Assembly (NCBI GenBank): GCA_016182385.1
Contig: JACPGV010000002.1
Coordinates: forward strand, 189,190-253,189
DNA from: Candidatus Moraniibacteriota bacterium
GTDB lineage: Bacteria; Patescibacteriota; Minisyncoccia; Moranbacterales; UBA1568
Reading direction: 5' to 3'
Length of the DNA: 64,000 nt
Made by a program: the position numbers and the translations under genes
Shown here: positions 9,919 to 18,267 of the stretch, piece after piece
Position numbering within the stretch: position 1 is the stretch's first letter
How the letters are laid out: the number at the start of each line of letters is the position of its first letter
Notes under the pieces: model-generated
The model's database searches: none
Told to the model about the DNA's origin: nothing
The model's input: the letters and a program-made list of their open reading frames with translations, nothing else

Positions 9919-12900
9919 ATGGATGTGGATGAGAAATCTGTAAGAACAAAAATCTCGAAGTTCAATCAAGAAAGCAACGTGAGCGAATTACTCAGTTTAC
10001 TGAGTGTCACTGATTCTGACTTGGAGAAAATAATATCCTTTATCAATAAATTTATTGATAAAGGATATTTGAAATCGTTTACATTTCTTCCTCTTAAAGT
10101 TACCGATGAATATTTAGTATTTATTAATTCCTCAAATGAGGTTGAGGTGATTGATACGGATACTGTAAGCTTGAGAAAGGCGCTGAATCATATTAAGGCA
10201 TACGATAATAGCAATTTTCAATCTGAAACTGCTAGTTTAGTTTTGCGAAGCGTCCTTCTTGCCGTATCAAAATCAGAGCTCAAGTCTTATGATGTATTTA
10301 CCAGATTTAATACGGAGGTCTCGGATAAGAATACACTGAGACAACTATTGAAGGATGAAAATAATTGGATCGCTGAAAGAAGAGAAATTCAGAAAAATCT
10401 TACAGATTATTTTTATACAAGTGTAGAATCTCTATCACGAAAGATTGCTCATTCAAAACGGATAGAGAAAGGTCTCTACTGTGTTAGGGGACCTATAGCC
10501 TCAGGAAAGTCCTCATTTATTAAGAGCTTGTTAGATCAAAATATAAAGGACATTGAAGGTTTTGATGGTGTACTAAATACTGACGCTGTAAAAAGAAGGT
10601 TTGTATTAAACGCTTCAAATTACACAGGACAGATGCTTTCTGGTTATGTATTTCATGAGGAAGCATCCATTATCGGTGAAAAACTACTTGAAAAAGTTAA
10701 AGAGGCTAATTTTATTTACGTCCTCGATAGGAGAATGCAATCGGTCGATGACCTTGATGAACTTCTGCTTGATGCAGAACGAAGAAACTTGCCAGTTAAT
10801 ATTTTTGATCTAAAAGTTGATTTTATAACATCCGCATTGAGAGTTCTAGAGAGAACAGGTGTGTACCCAAGTGATCCTACACCTGATTTTTTATCACTAT
10901 ACAAAAGTTATAAAAATATAGAGGATTGCAGATTGATTTTCTTAGAGAAATCTTTAGCTTCAAAATTTGTAAAAAATTATTCCACAGTATCCGTTAATAC
11001 TAATGGTGACCCAGTAATCCTCAATCTTAAAAAGAACTATATAGTTAATAAGCAGAACTTAGTTCATGAATCAGAAGCTCGGTATATGTCGAGTATTGAA
11101 AGTTTGAAAAACCTCATTCTTTCAAATGATAAGACGCTTCAAATTACTCTAGACGAGCATTCGCGAAAGGGGCACATTCCTCGGTTATCAAGAAATGAGT
11201 ATCAAGAGGGTCTATTGCGAAATATTAAATGTACAAGTAGGACATTTGATGGAGAGTTAGATGTTTCGGCATCTAAAGATAAGCATAAGATTCTCAACAC
11301 ATCTATTTCAAAGAATGATCTGATAAAGATCACGAAAAATAATATAACAAAAGCTTTTGATTTTGTATATGATAATAAAAACATACCTATATTATCGCCA
11401 CAAGTGCTTAAAGACTTTATTGATCAAATTGCAAGAATTGTAAATCAAGAGATTATAAATGATGAAAAGCTAATAGTAAGAAGCGGAAGTAATTCCCATA
11501 AGTATTTTTATGTAGATACAAAATACGTAGAAAAGTTTTATAAATCATTTGTAAGTCAGTTGTACTATAAGCTTAGTAATCCAGCAGTTAACCCCATAGA
11601 TTTAGCGGCGTGGATTGAATGGAATATAGATTTTTGTGGACATATTTTTAGTGATGGTTGCGGGAGAATTTCAAAAATTTTGAGTACGTGGCTACTGACG
11701 AGATATAATGTTACTTTGCCAAATTATGAAAATGGACAAGATGGATTTGCAACTATTCGAGAATCATACAGAAAGAGATTCGCTATTAAATCGATTATAA
11801 ATCTTCAAATTCCCACTAATACAAAAAGCTTTTACGCTTTCGCAACCTACTATAAGAGATTGTTTGAGCCTAAGAAGACTTATAAGATTCTTGCTTCAGG
11901 CGGGTTAATTTATAATTCAGCGGGTCAGTTCTTAATACTTCAGACTAGTAAGGGTAAGGACTGCGGGAAGTGGGTTGTTCCTGGAGGTAAGCTGGATATC
12001 AATGAAGCTCCAATGGAAGCGTTTGTTCGGGAGGTCTTTGAGGAAACTGGACTTGAGATCAACAATATTCGTTTATTAGGAGTACGTGATTACACAGCAA
12101 AAAGTGGAAACCATTATCATTTTTATGACTATACCTCTTCTGTAATTGATGAAAAAAGAATAAAGATTAACGAGGAGTCCCTCGCTTTTAAGTGGATTAC
12201 GAAAGATCAGATATTAAACTTTACTTTTACGGATTCAATCACAAATTTTATTCATAAATATTTTATTTTTGAATATCTAGATATTTATCAAAAAGTAGTT
12301 AAGATTCCAGATCATAACTTCGACACACCTCATTTAATCGACCATACGATGACAACTTCGCTAGAGAATTATATCAAAAATAAACTACCGATAGATTTGA
12401 TTGATAGTAATCTAAGGATGATAGATAGTTTTGAAATACATGGTATATATCCAGATCTCAATATTTTGAATGAACTGAATCTAGACTTTACTATCACCGA
12501 GGTGCTTCATTCGAGTAAGTTAAAAAAAGACAATAGCAATAGCTTGAGACCGATGTTTTTATTAGGTGAGAGAAATTCAAAGAAGATTTTGATCTGTTGT
12601 GTAACTCCAGGGAGAGACTTACTCATACACTATGCTTCTATGATTAAGTATCATTTAAGAAATTTTCAGATTTCGATAAATGTCTATGCTTATCCTTTGG
12701 CTGAAAAAGATATCGATAAATGGACTGGTCTAGACGAAAAAATGATTATCAAGAATGATATTGTTATTCTTGGCTACAGCACTTTTTTTAAAGATCACTT
12801 TGAAAAAGATTCTGATTTTTCGGTATTAAGTACGTACCAAAACAAGTTTTATTCAGCTACTAGATTTATTTCAAAAAACGGAAAGGTAATAAATTGTCTG

Positions 12901-13455
12901 GAGGCAAACTATGGTCATTGGGGTGATATTAGTGATTTTCTAGCGCAGAAAGTATGTCAGTTGAAAGCACAGGAGATTTTGCATGTAGGAAAAGTGGGTA
13001 CCTTAAAATCTGTAAGTGAAGTATATAAAAGAATATACATACCAAAGTCATTTGTTATAGGTAGAAGAAATGAAATTATGAGCTTAGGCTTAAAGTTAAG
13101 TAATTCTATGGAGTATATAAAAGAGCATTCTTCTTTAGCTCATATTTCTGTAACTACAACAATGGAAGAAACCTTTACTCAGCGTGAACATTTTTCTAAG
13201 CAAAAAGTTCATACGATAGATATCGAATCATCAAAAATTGCTCGTGCAGTTGCTCTATATAATATTACTAACAAGACTAAGATAAAATTTGGAGCAATAC
13301 ATTTCTCTTCAGATTATTTGAAAAAATTAGAGGAGTCAGAGCAGAATGTAGGTATAGATTTATCAACCAATAGAGAGGATTTGAAATATAGAAAGCAAAA
13401 TATACTTAATGAAATCTTTTATATTATTAAGAGGCATATCATTGATAATGGGTAG
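9919..13455 (+). CDS. Multidomain protein: zeta-toxin-like P-loop kinase + Fic/Doc + Nudix + nucleoside phosphorylase-like domain
   Basis: GPIASGKS (aa ~191) with NTD and HEEAS; HIFSDGCGRISK (aa ~575); GGKLDINEAPMEAFVREVFEETGL (aa ~689); HVGKVGTL, TIDIESS (aa ~1101) and HFSSDY. Confidence 0.75.
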   Translation: MDVDEKSVRTKISKFNQESNVSELLSLLSVTDSDLEKIISFINKFIDKGYLKSFTFLPLKVTDEYLVFINSSNEVEVIDTDTVSLRKALNHIKAYDNSNFQSETASLVLRSVLLAVSKSELKSYDVFTRFNTEVSDKNTLRQLLKDENNWIAERREIQKNLTDYFYTSVESLSRKIAHSKRIEKGLYCVRGPIASGKSSFIKSLLDQNIKDIEGFDGVLNTDAVKRRFVLNASNYTGQMLSGYVFHEEASIIGEKLLEKVKEANFIYVLDRRMQSVDDLDELLLDAERRNLPVNIFDLKVDFITSALRVLERTGVYPSDPTPDFLSLYKSYKNIEDCRLIFLEKSLASKFVKNYSTVSVNTNGDPVILNLKKNYIVNKQNLVHESEARYMSSIESLKNLILSNDKTLQITLDEHSRKGHIPRLSRNEYQEGLLRNIKCTSRTFDGELDVSASKDKHKILNTSISKNDLIKITKNNITKAFDFVYDNKNIPILSPQVLKDFIDQIARIVNQEIINDEKLIVRSGSNSHKYFYVDTKYVEKFYKSFVSQLYYKLSNPAVNPIDLAAWIEWNIDFCGHIFSDGCGRISKILSTWLLTRYNVTLPNYENGQDGFATIRESYRKRFAIKSIINLQIPTNTKSFYAFATYYKRLFEPKKTYKILASGGLIYNSAGQFLILQTSKGKDCGKWVVPGGKLDINEAPMEAFVREVFEETGLEINNIRLLGVRDYTAKSGNHYHFYDYTSSVIDEKRIKINEESLAFKWITKDQILNFTFTDSITNFIHKYFIFEYLDIYQKVVKIPDHNFDTPHLIDHTMTTSLENYIKNKLPIDLIDSNLRMIDSFEIHGIYPDLNILNELNLDFTITEVLHSSKLKKDNSNSLRPMFLLGERNSKKILICCVTPGRDLLIHYASMIKYHLRNFQISINVYAYPLAEKDIDKWTGLDEKMIIKNDIVILGYSTFFKDHFEKDSDFSVLSTYQNKFYSATRFISKNGKVINCLEANYGHWGDISDFLAQKVCQLKAQEILHVGKVGTLKSVSEVYKRIYIPKSFVIGRRNEIMSLGLKLSNSMEYIKEHSSLAHISVTTTMEETFTQREHFSKQKVHTIDIESSKIARAVALYNITNKTKIKFGAIHFSSDYLKKLEESEQNVGIDLSTNREDLKYRKQNILNEIFYIIKRHIIDNG

Positions 13456-14003
13456 TTTCTAAGCCTCGCTTTTATGCAGATTTTTGAGACACTAGCGTGT
13501 CTTATTTCCTTAATATGAGACATAGCCTGTATTGTGTCTCATTTGTCTCAAAAGCCTGACCCGGACACCTCAATTTGCTATACTCCAAGTACCTCCAAGA
13601 AACCCCTCAACAGCCCTATACTTCAAAGTTCTAGACCGATGTAGCCCGCAATTTTTCGAAAAGGGTTTCAGAACCAAAAATATGGTCGGCGTGAAGCTCG
13701 GTGAGGGAATGTGGTTTGAGCTATTTCTAAAGTACGCTGTCTTTATAGGAAACCAGCCAATCAAATGTTTCCGACGGGTAATTCTCCTTTCGTTTACTGG
13801 CCGATGGGAAATTCTTTCTTTCTGTTTTTTCGCAGAATGGCCACTTGCTTTTTTTGTCGTTCCGTGCTATGATGGTTATGTTGTAAGTTTTTCTCTCTGG
13901 AGTAACTCGACATAAGGCTCAGGTTGCCAAATCTCGAATCTTCGTCAAGTAGGACCAGAAAAGGGAAGGTCACCTTACACAGTAATCAAGTGAGTAGTTC
14001 GAT

Positions 14004-14330
14004 ATGGCAACCAAATTGTATGTCGGCGGCGTTTCCTACGGTACAACCGAGGACGGTTTGCGCGATGCATTCGCACAGGCTGGTAACGTTGCTTCTGCCA
14101 AAATCATCATCGACAAAATGACTGGTCGCTCACGCGGCTTTGCTTTTGTTGAGATGGCTACCGAAGAAGAAGCCAAAAAGGCTATCGATCTTTGGAATGG
14201 TAAGGAGCTCGATGGACGCACGCTTACTGTCAACGAAGCTCGTCCTATGGAAGAGCGCGCCCCTCGCACTGGTGGATTTCGCGGCAATCGCGATTTCAAC
14301 GGTGGGAATCAAGGCGATAACCGTTGGTAA
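14004..14330 (+). CDS. RRM (RNP-1) RNA-binding protein
   Basis: KLYVGG and RGFAFVEM RNP motifs; Gly/Arg-rich tail. Confidence 0.95.
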   Translation: MATKLYVGGVSYGTTEDGLRDAFAQAGNVASAKIIIDKMTGRSRGFAFVEMATEEEAKKAIDLWNGKELDGRTLTVNEARPMEERAPRTGGFRGNRDFNGGNQGDNRW

Positions 14331-14340
14331 GTAGAAAGGA

Positions 14341-14370
14341 CACCCCGAGTAATCGGGGTGTTTTTTTATT
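14341..14370 (+). terminator. Intrinsic terminator
   Basis: CACCCCGA-GTAA-TCGGGGTG followed by a T run. Confidence 0.85.
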
Positions 14371-14516
14371 TCCAAAACTTGACAAAAGAAAAAATATTTT
14401 TCTCAAAAGGTGTATACTTGTTGGTAGAAGAGAATCTTTTTTTGCACTTTGATATACGGCAGGGGAAAATGGTCGATACTGTCGCGTTCCTTCATTTTAT
14501 TTTTTATAAATAGAGT

Positions 14517-14888
14517 ATGGAAAAAAATATCATTACCATTCTTGGAGTCGTGTTTCTTGTTGTCGGTGTTCTTGGATTTTTCAATGATCCGTTGTTGGGT
14601 GTTTTTGACGTTGATACGGTTCATAATATCATTCATCTTCTCTCCGGAGCGCTCGCGCTTGTTGTTGTTGGTATGGGAGCGGAAGCTTTGCGCATGTACG
14701 CCAAAATCTTCGGGGCGGTGTATGGTGTGGTGGGAGCAGTCGGCTTCCTTACGTCGGGTGATATGATTTTGGGTCTTTTTATGTCCAATACGGCTGGAGA
14801 TGTCTTGCATCTCGCGTTGGCAGTTGTTTTGTTGTATGTCGGATTCGGTCGACCGTCACATCGTGATCCGATAGTGACTTCTATGTAG
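14517..14888 (+). CDS. Four-TM membrane protein (DUF4383-like)
   Basis: GVLGF, HNIIHLLSG and LHLALA motifs. Confidence 0.75.
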   Translation: MEKNIITILGVVFLVVGVLGFFNDPLLGVFDVDTVHNIIHLLSGALALVVVGMGAEALRMYAKIFGAVYGVVGAVGFLTSGDMILGLFMSNTAGDVLHLALAVVLLYVGFGRPSHRDPIVTSM

Positions 14889-15006
14889 TTGATTCTTGGG
14901 GGAGAATCGGTGATATTTTTGGAAGAATTTGGTTTTGTTTTTCTTGTTTTCACAAGGAATTATTTTGGCTTGATTCAAAAGAAAAAAATTGCTAGGCTAA
15001 AGAATA

Positions 15007-15483
15007 TCAAATCATGAAAAGAATAAGGAAAGGTGGCCGAGCTGGCTGAAGGCACCACACTGCTAACGTGGCAGGGGATAAAACCCCTCGAGGGTTCGAA
15101 TCCCTCCCTTTCCGCCAAAATTGAAAATCGGAATCGGAAGCCGAAATGGGGTCGGCGCGAAGCGCCGACACAAAAGCATTCCCGCCAAGAATTCCCGAAT
15201 CCAAAAGGTTTTTCCACGCTCCGCGTGGCTCAAAAAAGACGGTTCGATCCTTAATTTGAAAGTTCGAACCGACTTTTTTGAACAAATGAAGTTTTGCTTC
15301 ATTTGTTCCCTCGTTTGCCAATTCCATATTGTATTTCAAAAACTTTTCCGTAAGTTCGAACCGATTATTCGCTTTTTGCTCAAAAGCCGATAATTTCTCT
15401 TTGAGAAGCTGTTTTTCGTTCATTAACTTATTTTTCATATCTCGATATTCTTCAAGCGACAAGGCGTTTTCGAGATAAGCGCT
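15007..15483 (-). pseudogene. Truncated C-terminal part of a putative large serine recombinase overlapping tRNA-Ser antisense
   Basis: AYLENALSLEEYRDMKNKL coiled coil and KKVGSNF segment; no catalytic N-terminus present. Confidence 0.6.
15027..15117 (+). tRNA. tRNA-Ser(GCT)
   Basis: GGAAAGG...CCTTTCCGCCA; CTGCTAA anticodon loop; long variable arm. Confidence 0.95.
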
Positions 15484-15587
15484 ATGATGTAAGCTCCTAT
15501 CTGGACAAGGAGGGCTTTGAGAAAATGAATAGTAAGCTGAAGTAGTCTGAAATTGGAGAGAAGTCCTCTTTATGCTAAAATGGAACT

Positions 15588-17426
15588 ATGTTTGAAAAAC
15601 ACCCCCTCCACATCAAAAACCCAGAACTGCAGAAATCTGCCGATGTTCAGCATGCCGTTGTTCGTGACCAGCGCCACACCGGCGAGAAAATTCCAAATGA
15701 TCCTAAAGATCGTATTGAGGCATATACTGACCGATTGGAAAATATCTTTCTCAACCCTGATAGCCGAGTACGAGAGCGCAATATTGACCTTCTTCGTCCC
15801 AAGATTTACGACAGCCTCATCATCAAGCGAGGGAATTTTCCCGATTCCTACTTTGAACTCCAAAAAAGAGTGGCCAGAGAACAGGGTCACGGTGACATTG
15901 AAATTTCTCAAGAGATGCGAGAGCAGATGATTGATACGGCTATCGCTGATCAAAGGCACTCTCTTGATGCTTGGATTGACTACCTGTCATCCGAAGATGC
16001 TGTCTATCCAGCCTGGTTTAAGTACTACGCGTGGAATCAAATTACCAAGCTTTCCCAGTTTGATAAAGAGCGCGGCGAATTCAAGAAACGCACCGAAAGC
16101 ACGGTCGCTCCTTTTCCAGATATCTACCGCGAACCACTAGCGCAAATGGCCGACCTGTACGAGCGAGTCAAGCAAGATAATAAGGATCCAGAAGCTAGAG
16201 CTGAATTTGATAAAAAATTCCCTAATCTCTACGCTGAACTCATTGTTAAATCCTTAGAGGCCGGAGTGGGGGGTGGGGAAACCATAGAGGGGGCCTGGGT
16301 AAAGTTTGAACAAGGGGAGGAAGGCGCCGCGGAGAAACTTTTTCAGTCGCTTGATGGCCGAGGGACGGGCTGGTGTACCGCTGGGTATTCAACCGCCCAA
16401 ACCCAAATTGAATCCGGAGATTTCTATGTCTATTACACGAATGATAAAGACGGAAACCCAATACAACCAAGACTCGCCATTCGCATGAATGGTGATACTC
16501 AAATCGGAGAAGTAAGAGGAGTGCTCCCGCAACAAAATGTAGAGCCTTTGATGCAAGAAGTATTAGAGGAAAAACTCCAAGCTTTTGGGAAAGAGGCTGA
16601 TGCGTATCATAAGAGGAGTAGCGATATGAAAATGCTGACCGTTCTGGAAAACAAAAAAAAGCAGGGAATACCTTTTGCTAAAGAAGATCTCACTTTCCTA
16701 TACGAAATCAATTCCACCATTGAAGGCTTTGGCTATCAGGAAGATCCACGCATCGCTGAATTACGGGCTGATCGCAATACCGAAAGAGACATGTTAGTAA
16801 TCTTTGATTGTACCCAGGCAGATATTGCCAGAACCCCAAGTGAAATTCGGCCTACAACCAAAGCCTATGTGGGTCAATTAGAGCCAGGCATCTTCCAAAA
16901 ACTCCCAGCTACTCTAGAACACGTCTATACTGCTTTCCCAGAAGGAAAAGTACGAAGGATAGAATCCAAAGTGGGAGGCAAATCTGCTGGTACTCTTCAA
17001 GAAGAATTGGAAGCTGCTCAAATCAATATTGGGGGCTATGCTGAGAGTATGCTCAAAAACAAAAAGGAATTTATTGCTACTCCAGAATTAGAAGAGATGA
17101 CCCTGATTCGTCTTACGGTAGCTGACCTTGGTTTTAAGTCCTCTGCTACTACTGATCAAATTTACAAACGAGCTGAAGAATTAGGACTTGAACTCTGTCC
17201 AAGCGATGTCGGTCCCACGCTCCGTTTACAATACCAAAATCAACCTCTTGGAGAATGGCTGTATATAGGAATGAAACAAATTGCTGACTCTGACGGCAAT
17301 CCCGGCGTTTTCATGCTGGCGCGCGACGGTGGCGGTTTGTGGTTGGACAGCAGTTGGGCGAGGCCTAGCAGCGGGTGGAATCCGGACGGCGGGTTCGTGT
17401 TCCGTCTCCGCAAATCTGAATCTTAG
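15588..17426 (+). CDS. DGR target protein with C-terminal variable region
   Basis: VR occupies the last ~47 codons and ends GGFVFRLRKSES; N-terminal part has a GTGWCTAG motif; no obvious signal peptide or TM helix. Confidence 0.9.
   Translation: MFEKHPLHIKNPELQKSADVQHAVVRDQRHTGEKIPNDPKDRIEAYTDRLENIFLNPDSRVRERNIDLLRPKIYDSLIIKRGNFPDSYFELQKRVAREQGHGDIEISQEMREQMIDTAIADQRHSLDAWIDYLSSEDAVYPAWFKYYAWNQITKLSQFDKERGEFKKRTESTVAPFPDIYREPLAQMADLYERVKQDNKDPEARAEFDKKFPNLYAELIVKSLEAGVGGGETIEGAWVKFEQGEEGAAEKLFQSLDGRGTGWCTAGYSTAQTQIESGDFYVYYTNDKDGNPIQPRLAIRMNGDTQIGEVRGVLPQQNVEPLMQEVLEEKLQAFGKEADAYHKRSSDMKMLTVLENKKKQGIPFAKEDLTFLYEINSTIEGFGYQEDPRIAELRADRNTERDMLVIFDCTQADIARTPSEIRPTTKAYVGQLEPGIFQKLPATLEHVYTAFPEGKVRRIESKVGGKSAGTLQEELEAAQINIGGYAESMLKNKKEFIATPELEEMTLIRLTVADLGFKSSATTDQIYKRAEELGLELCPSDVGPTLRLQYQNQPLGEWLYIGMKQIADSDGNPGVFMLARDGGGLWLDSSWARPSSGWNPDGGFVFRLRKSES
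17283..17410 (+). repeat. DGR variable region (VR)
   Basis: 128-nt match to the TR with 20 mismatches, all at TR adenines. Confidence 0.97.
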
Positions 17427-17497
17427 AAACTTTGTTTCTTTGTCTTAATTTTTCTTTTGACCCTTGGACTCTTTGATACTTTGGACTTTAGTCTTTT

Positions 17498-17512
17498 AGC
17501 GGCGTAGCCGCT
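17498..17512 (+). other. GNA-triloop hairpin downstream of the VR (candidate DGR target-recognition hairpin)
   Basis: AGCGGC-GTA-GCCGCT about 70 nt after the target stop codon. Confidence 0.6.
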
Positions 17513-17769
17513 TGGCGCGATTTTTTTGCTATACTGATTGCAAGCTGGTTACATTGAACGGTTACGGCTTTTCGAGACCAGCCCGGCTCATGTGGATTGA
17601 GAGCGTGGACGGCTACGGTTTTCCACGGAGGATACGCATGCAGTCAACAAAAAAGAAACACTTGGTGCGACACACTGGCTGATTTTCGATCAGAGTTAAA
17701 ATACAGCACGACCTCTGGCATTTCATGCGCTTAGGTCGGCAGTGATCTAGATGGCGTGCCGCACAAAAA

Positions 17770-17897
17770 GCTGACTCTGACGGCAATCCCAACGTTTTCA
17801 AGCTGGAACGCAACGATGACGGTTTGTGGTTGAACAACAATTGGGCGAAGCCTAACAACGAGTGGAATCCGAACAACAAGTTCGTGTTCCGTCTCCG
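17770..17897 (+). ncRNA. DGR template region (TR)
   Basis: AAC-rich copy of the VR; possible extended -10 promoter TGcTATACT at 17527..17535. Confidence 0.95.
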
Positions 17898-17917
17898 AAA
17901 CTGCTTTCTTTCCGCAG

Positions 17918-18241
17918 CTATGTGTTGCGGTTTTTCTTTTCAGGGTTGTCGAGATTCTTCTTCCAGCCACCGAACATGCGGCCAATCTCTTCAAGTTTTG
18001 AGGAAACATTCTCACAGTGGGCGTTTGAAATGAGCTTGCCTTCCCAGGCAACTGAAACGAGAAACTTCAGCGTATCAAGAAGGAGGATACATTCAGAAAT
18101 CTTTTCAGCCTTTTTCTCTTTTTCGGTAAAGTAGGCAGCGTAGGAAAGTTCGAGTAAATCAAGAAACCTATTTTCAATGCGAGAGCCTATCGTATATCTC
18201 GCCCCTTTAGAAATATGCGGAACAATATTCACCCAAATCAA
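17918..18241 (-). CDS. avd: Avd-like four-helix-bundle accessory protein (5' end uncertain or frameshifted)
   Basis: RYTIGSRIE...LDLLE...LKFL...LEEIGRMFGGW motifs; lies between TR and RT. Confidence 0.8.
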   Translation of the reverse strand: MIWVNIVPHISKGARYTIGSRIENRFLDLLELSYAAYFTEKEKKAEKISECILLLDTLKFLVSVAWEGKLISNAHCENVSSKLEEIGRMFGGWKKNLDNPEKKNRNT

Positions 18242-18267
18242 ATAGCCCTCTTTGATACGAGCGAGGA

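Larger units (their letters stand above)
8613..13711. mobile_element. AT-rich genomic island bounded by 27-bp direct repeats
   Basis: GTCGGCG(C/T)GAAGCTCGGTGAGGGAATG at 8613..8639 and 13685..13711; visibly lower GC inside; next to tRNA-Ser. Confidence 0.8.

Noticed and set aside
13870-14003. Possible structured leader RNA upstream of the RRM gene
   Set aside because: A long UTR is plausible, but no convincing fold or known family could be supported without a covariance search.
17824-18033. ORF resembling the C-terminus of the DGR target (WLNNNWAKPNNEWNPNNKFVFRLR)
   Set aside because: It is simply the translation of the TR, not a second target gene.
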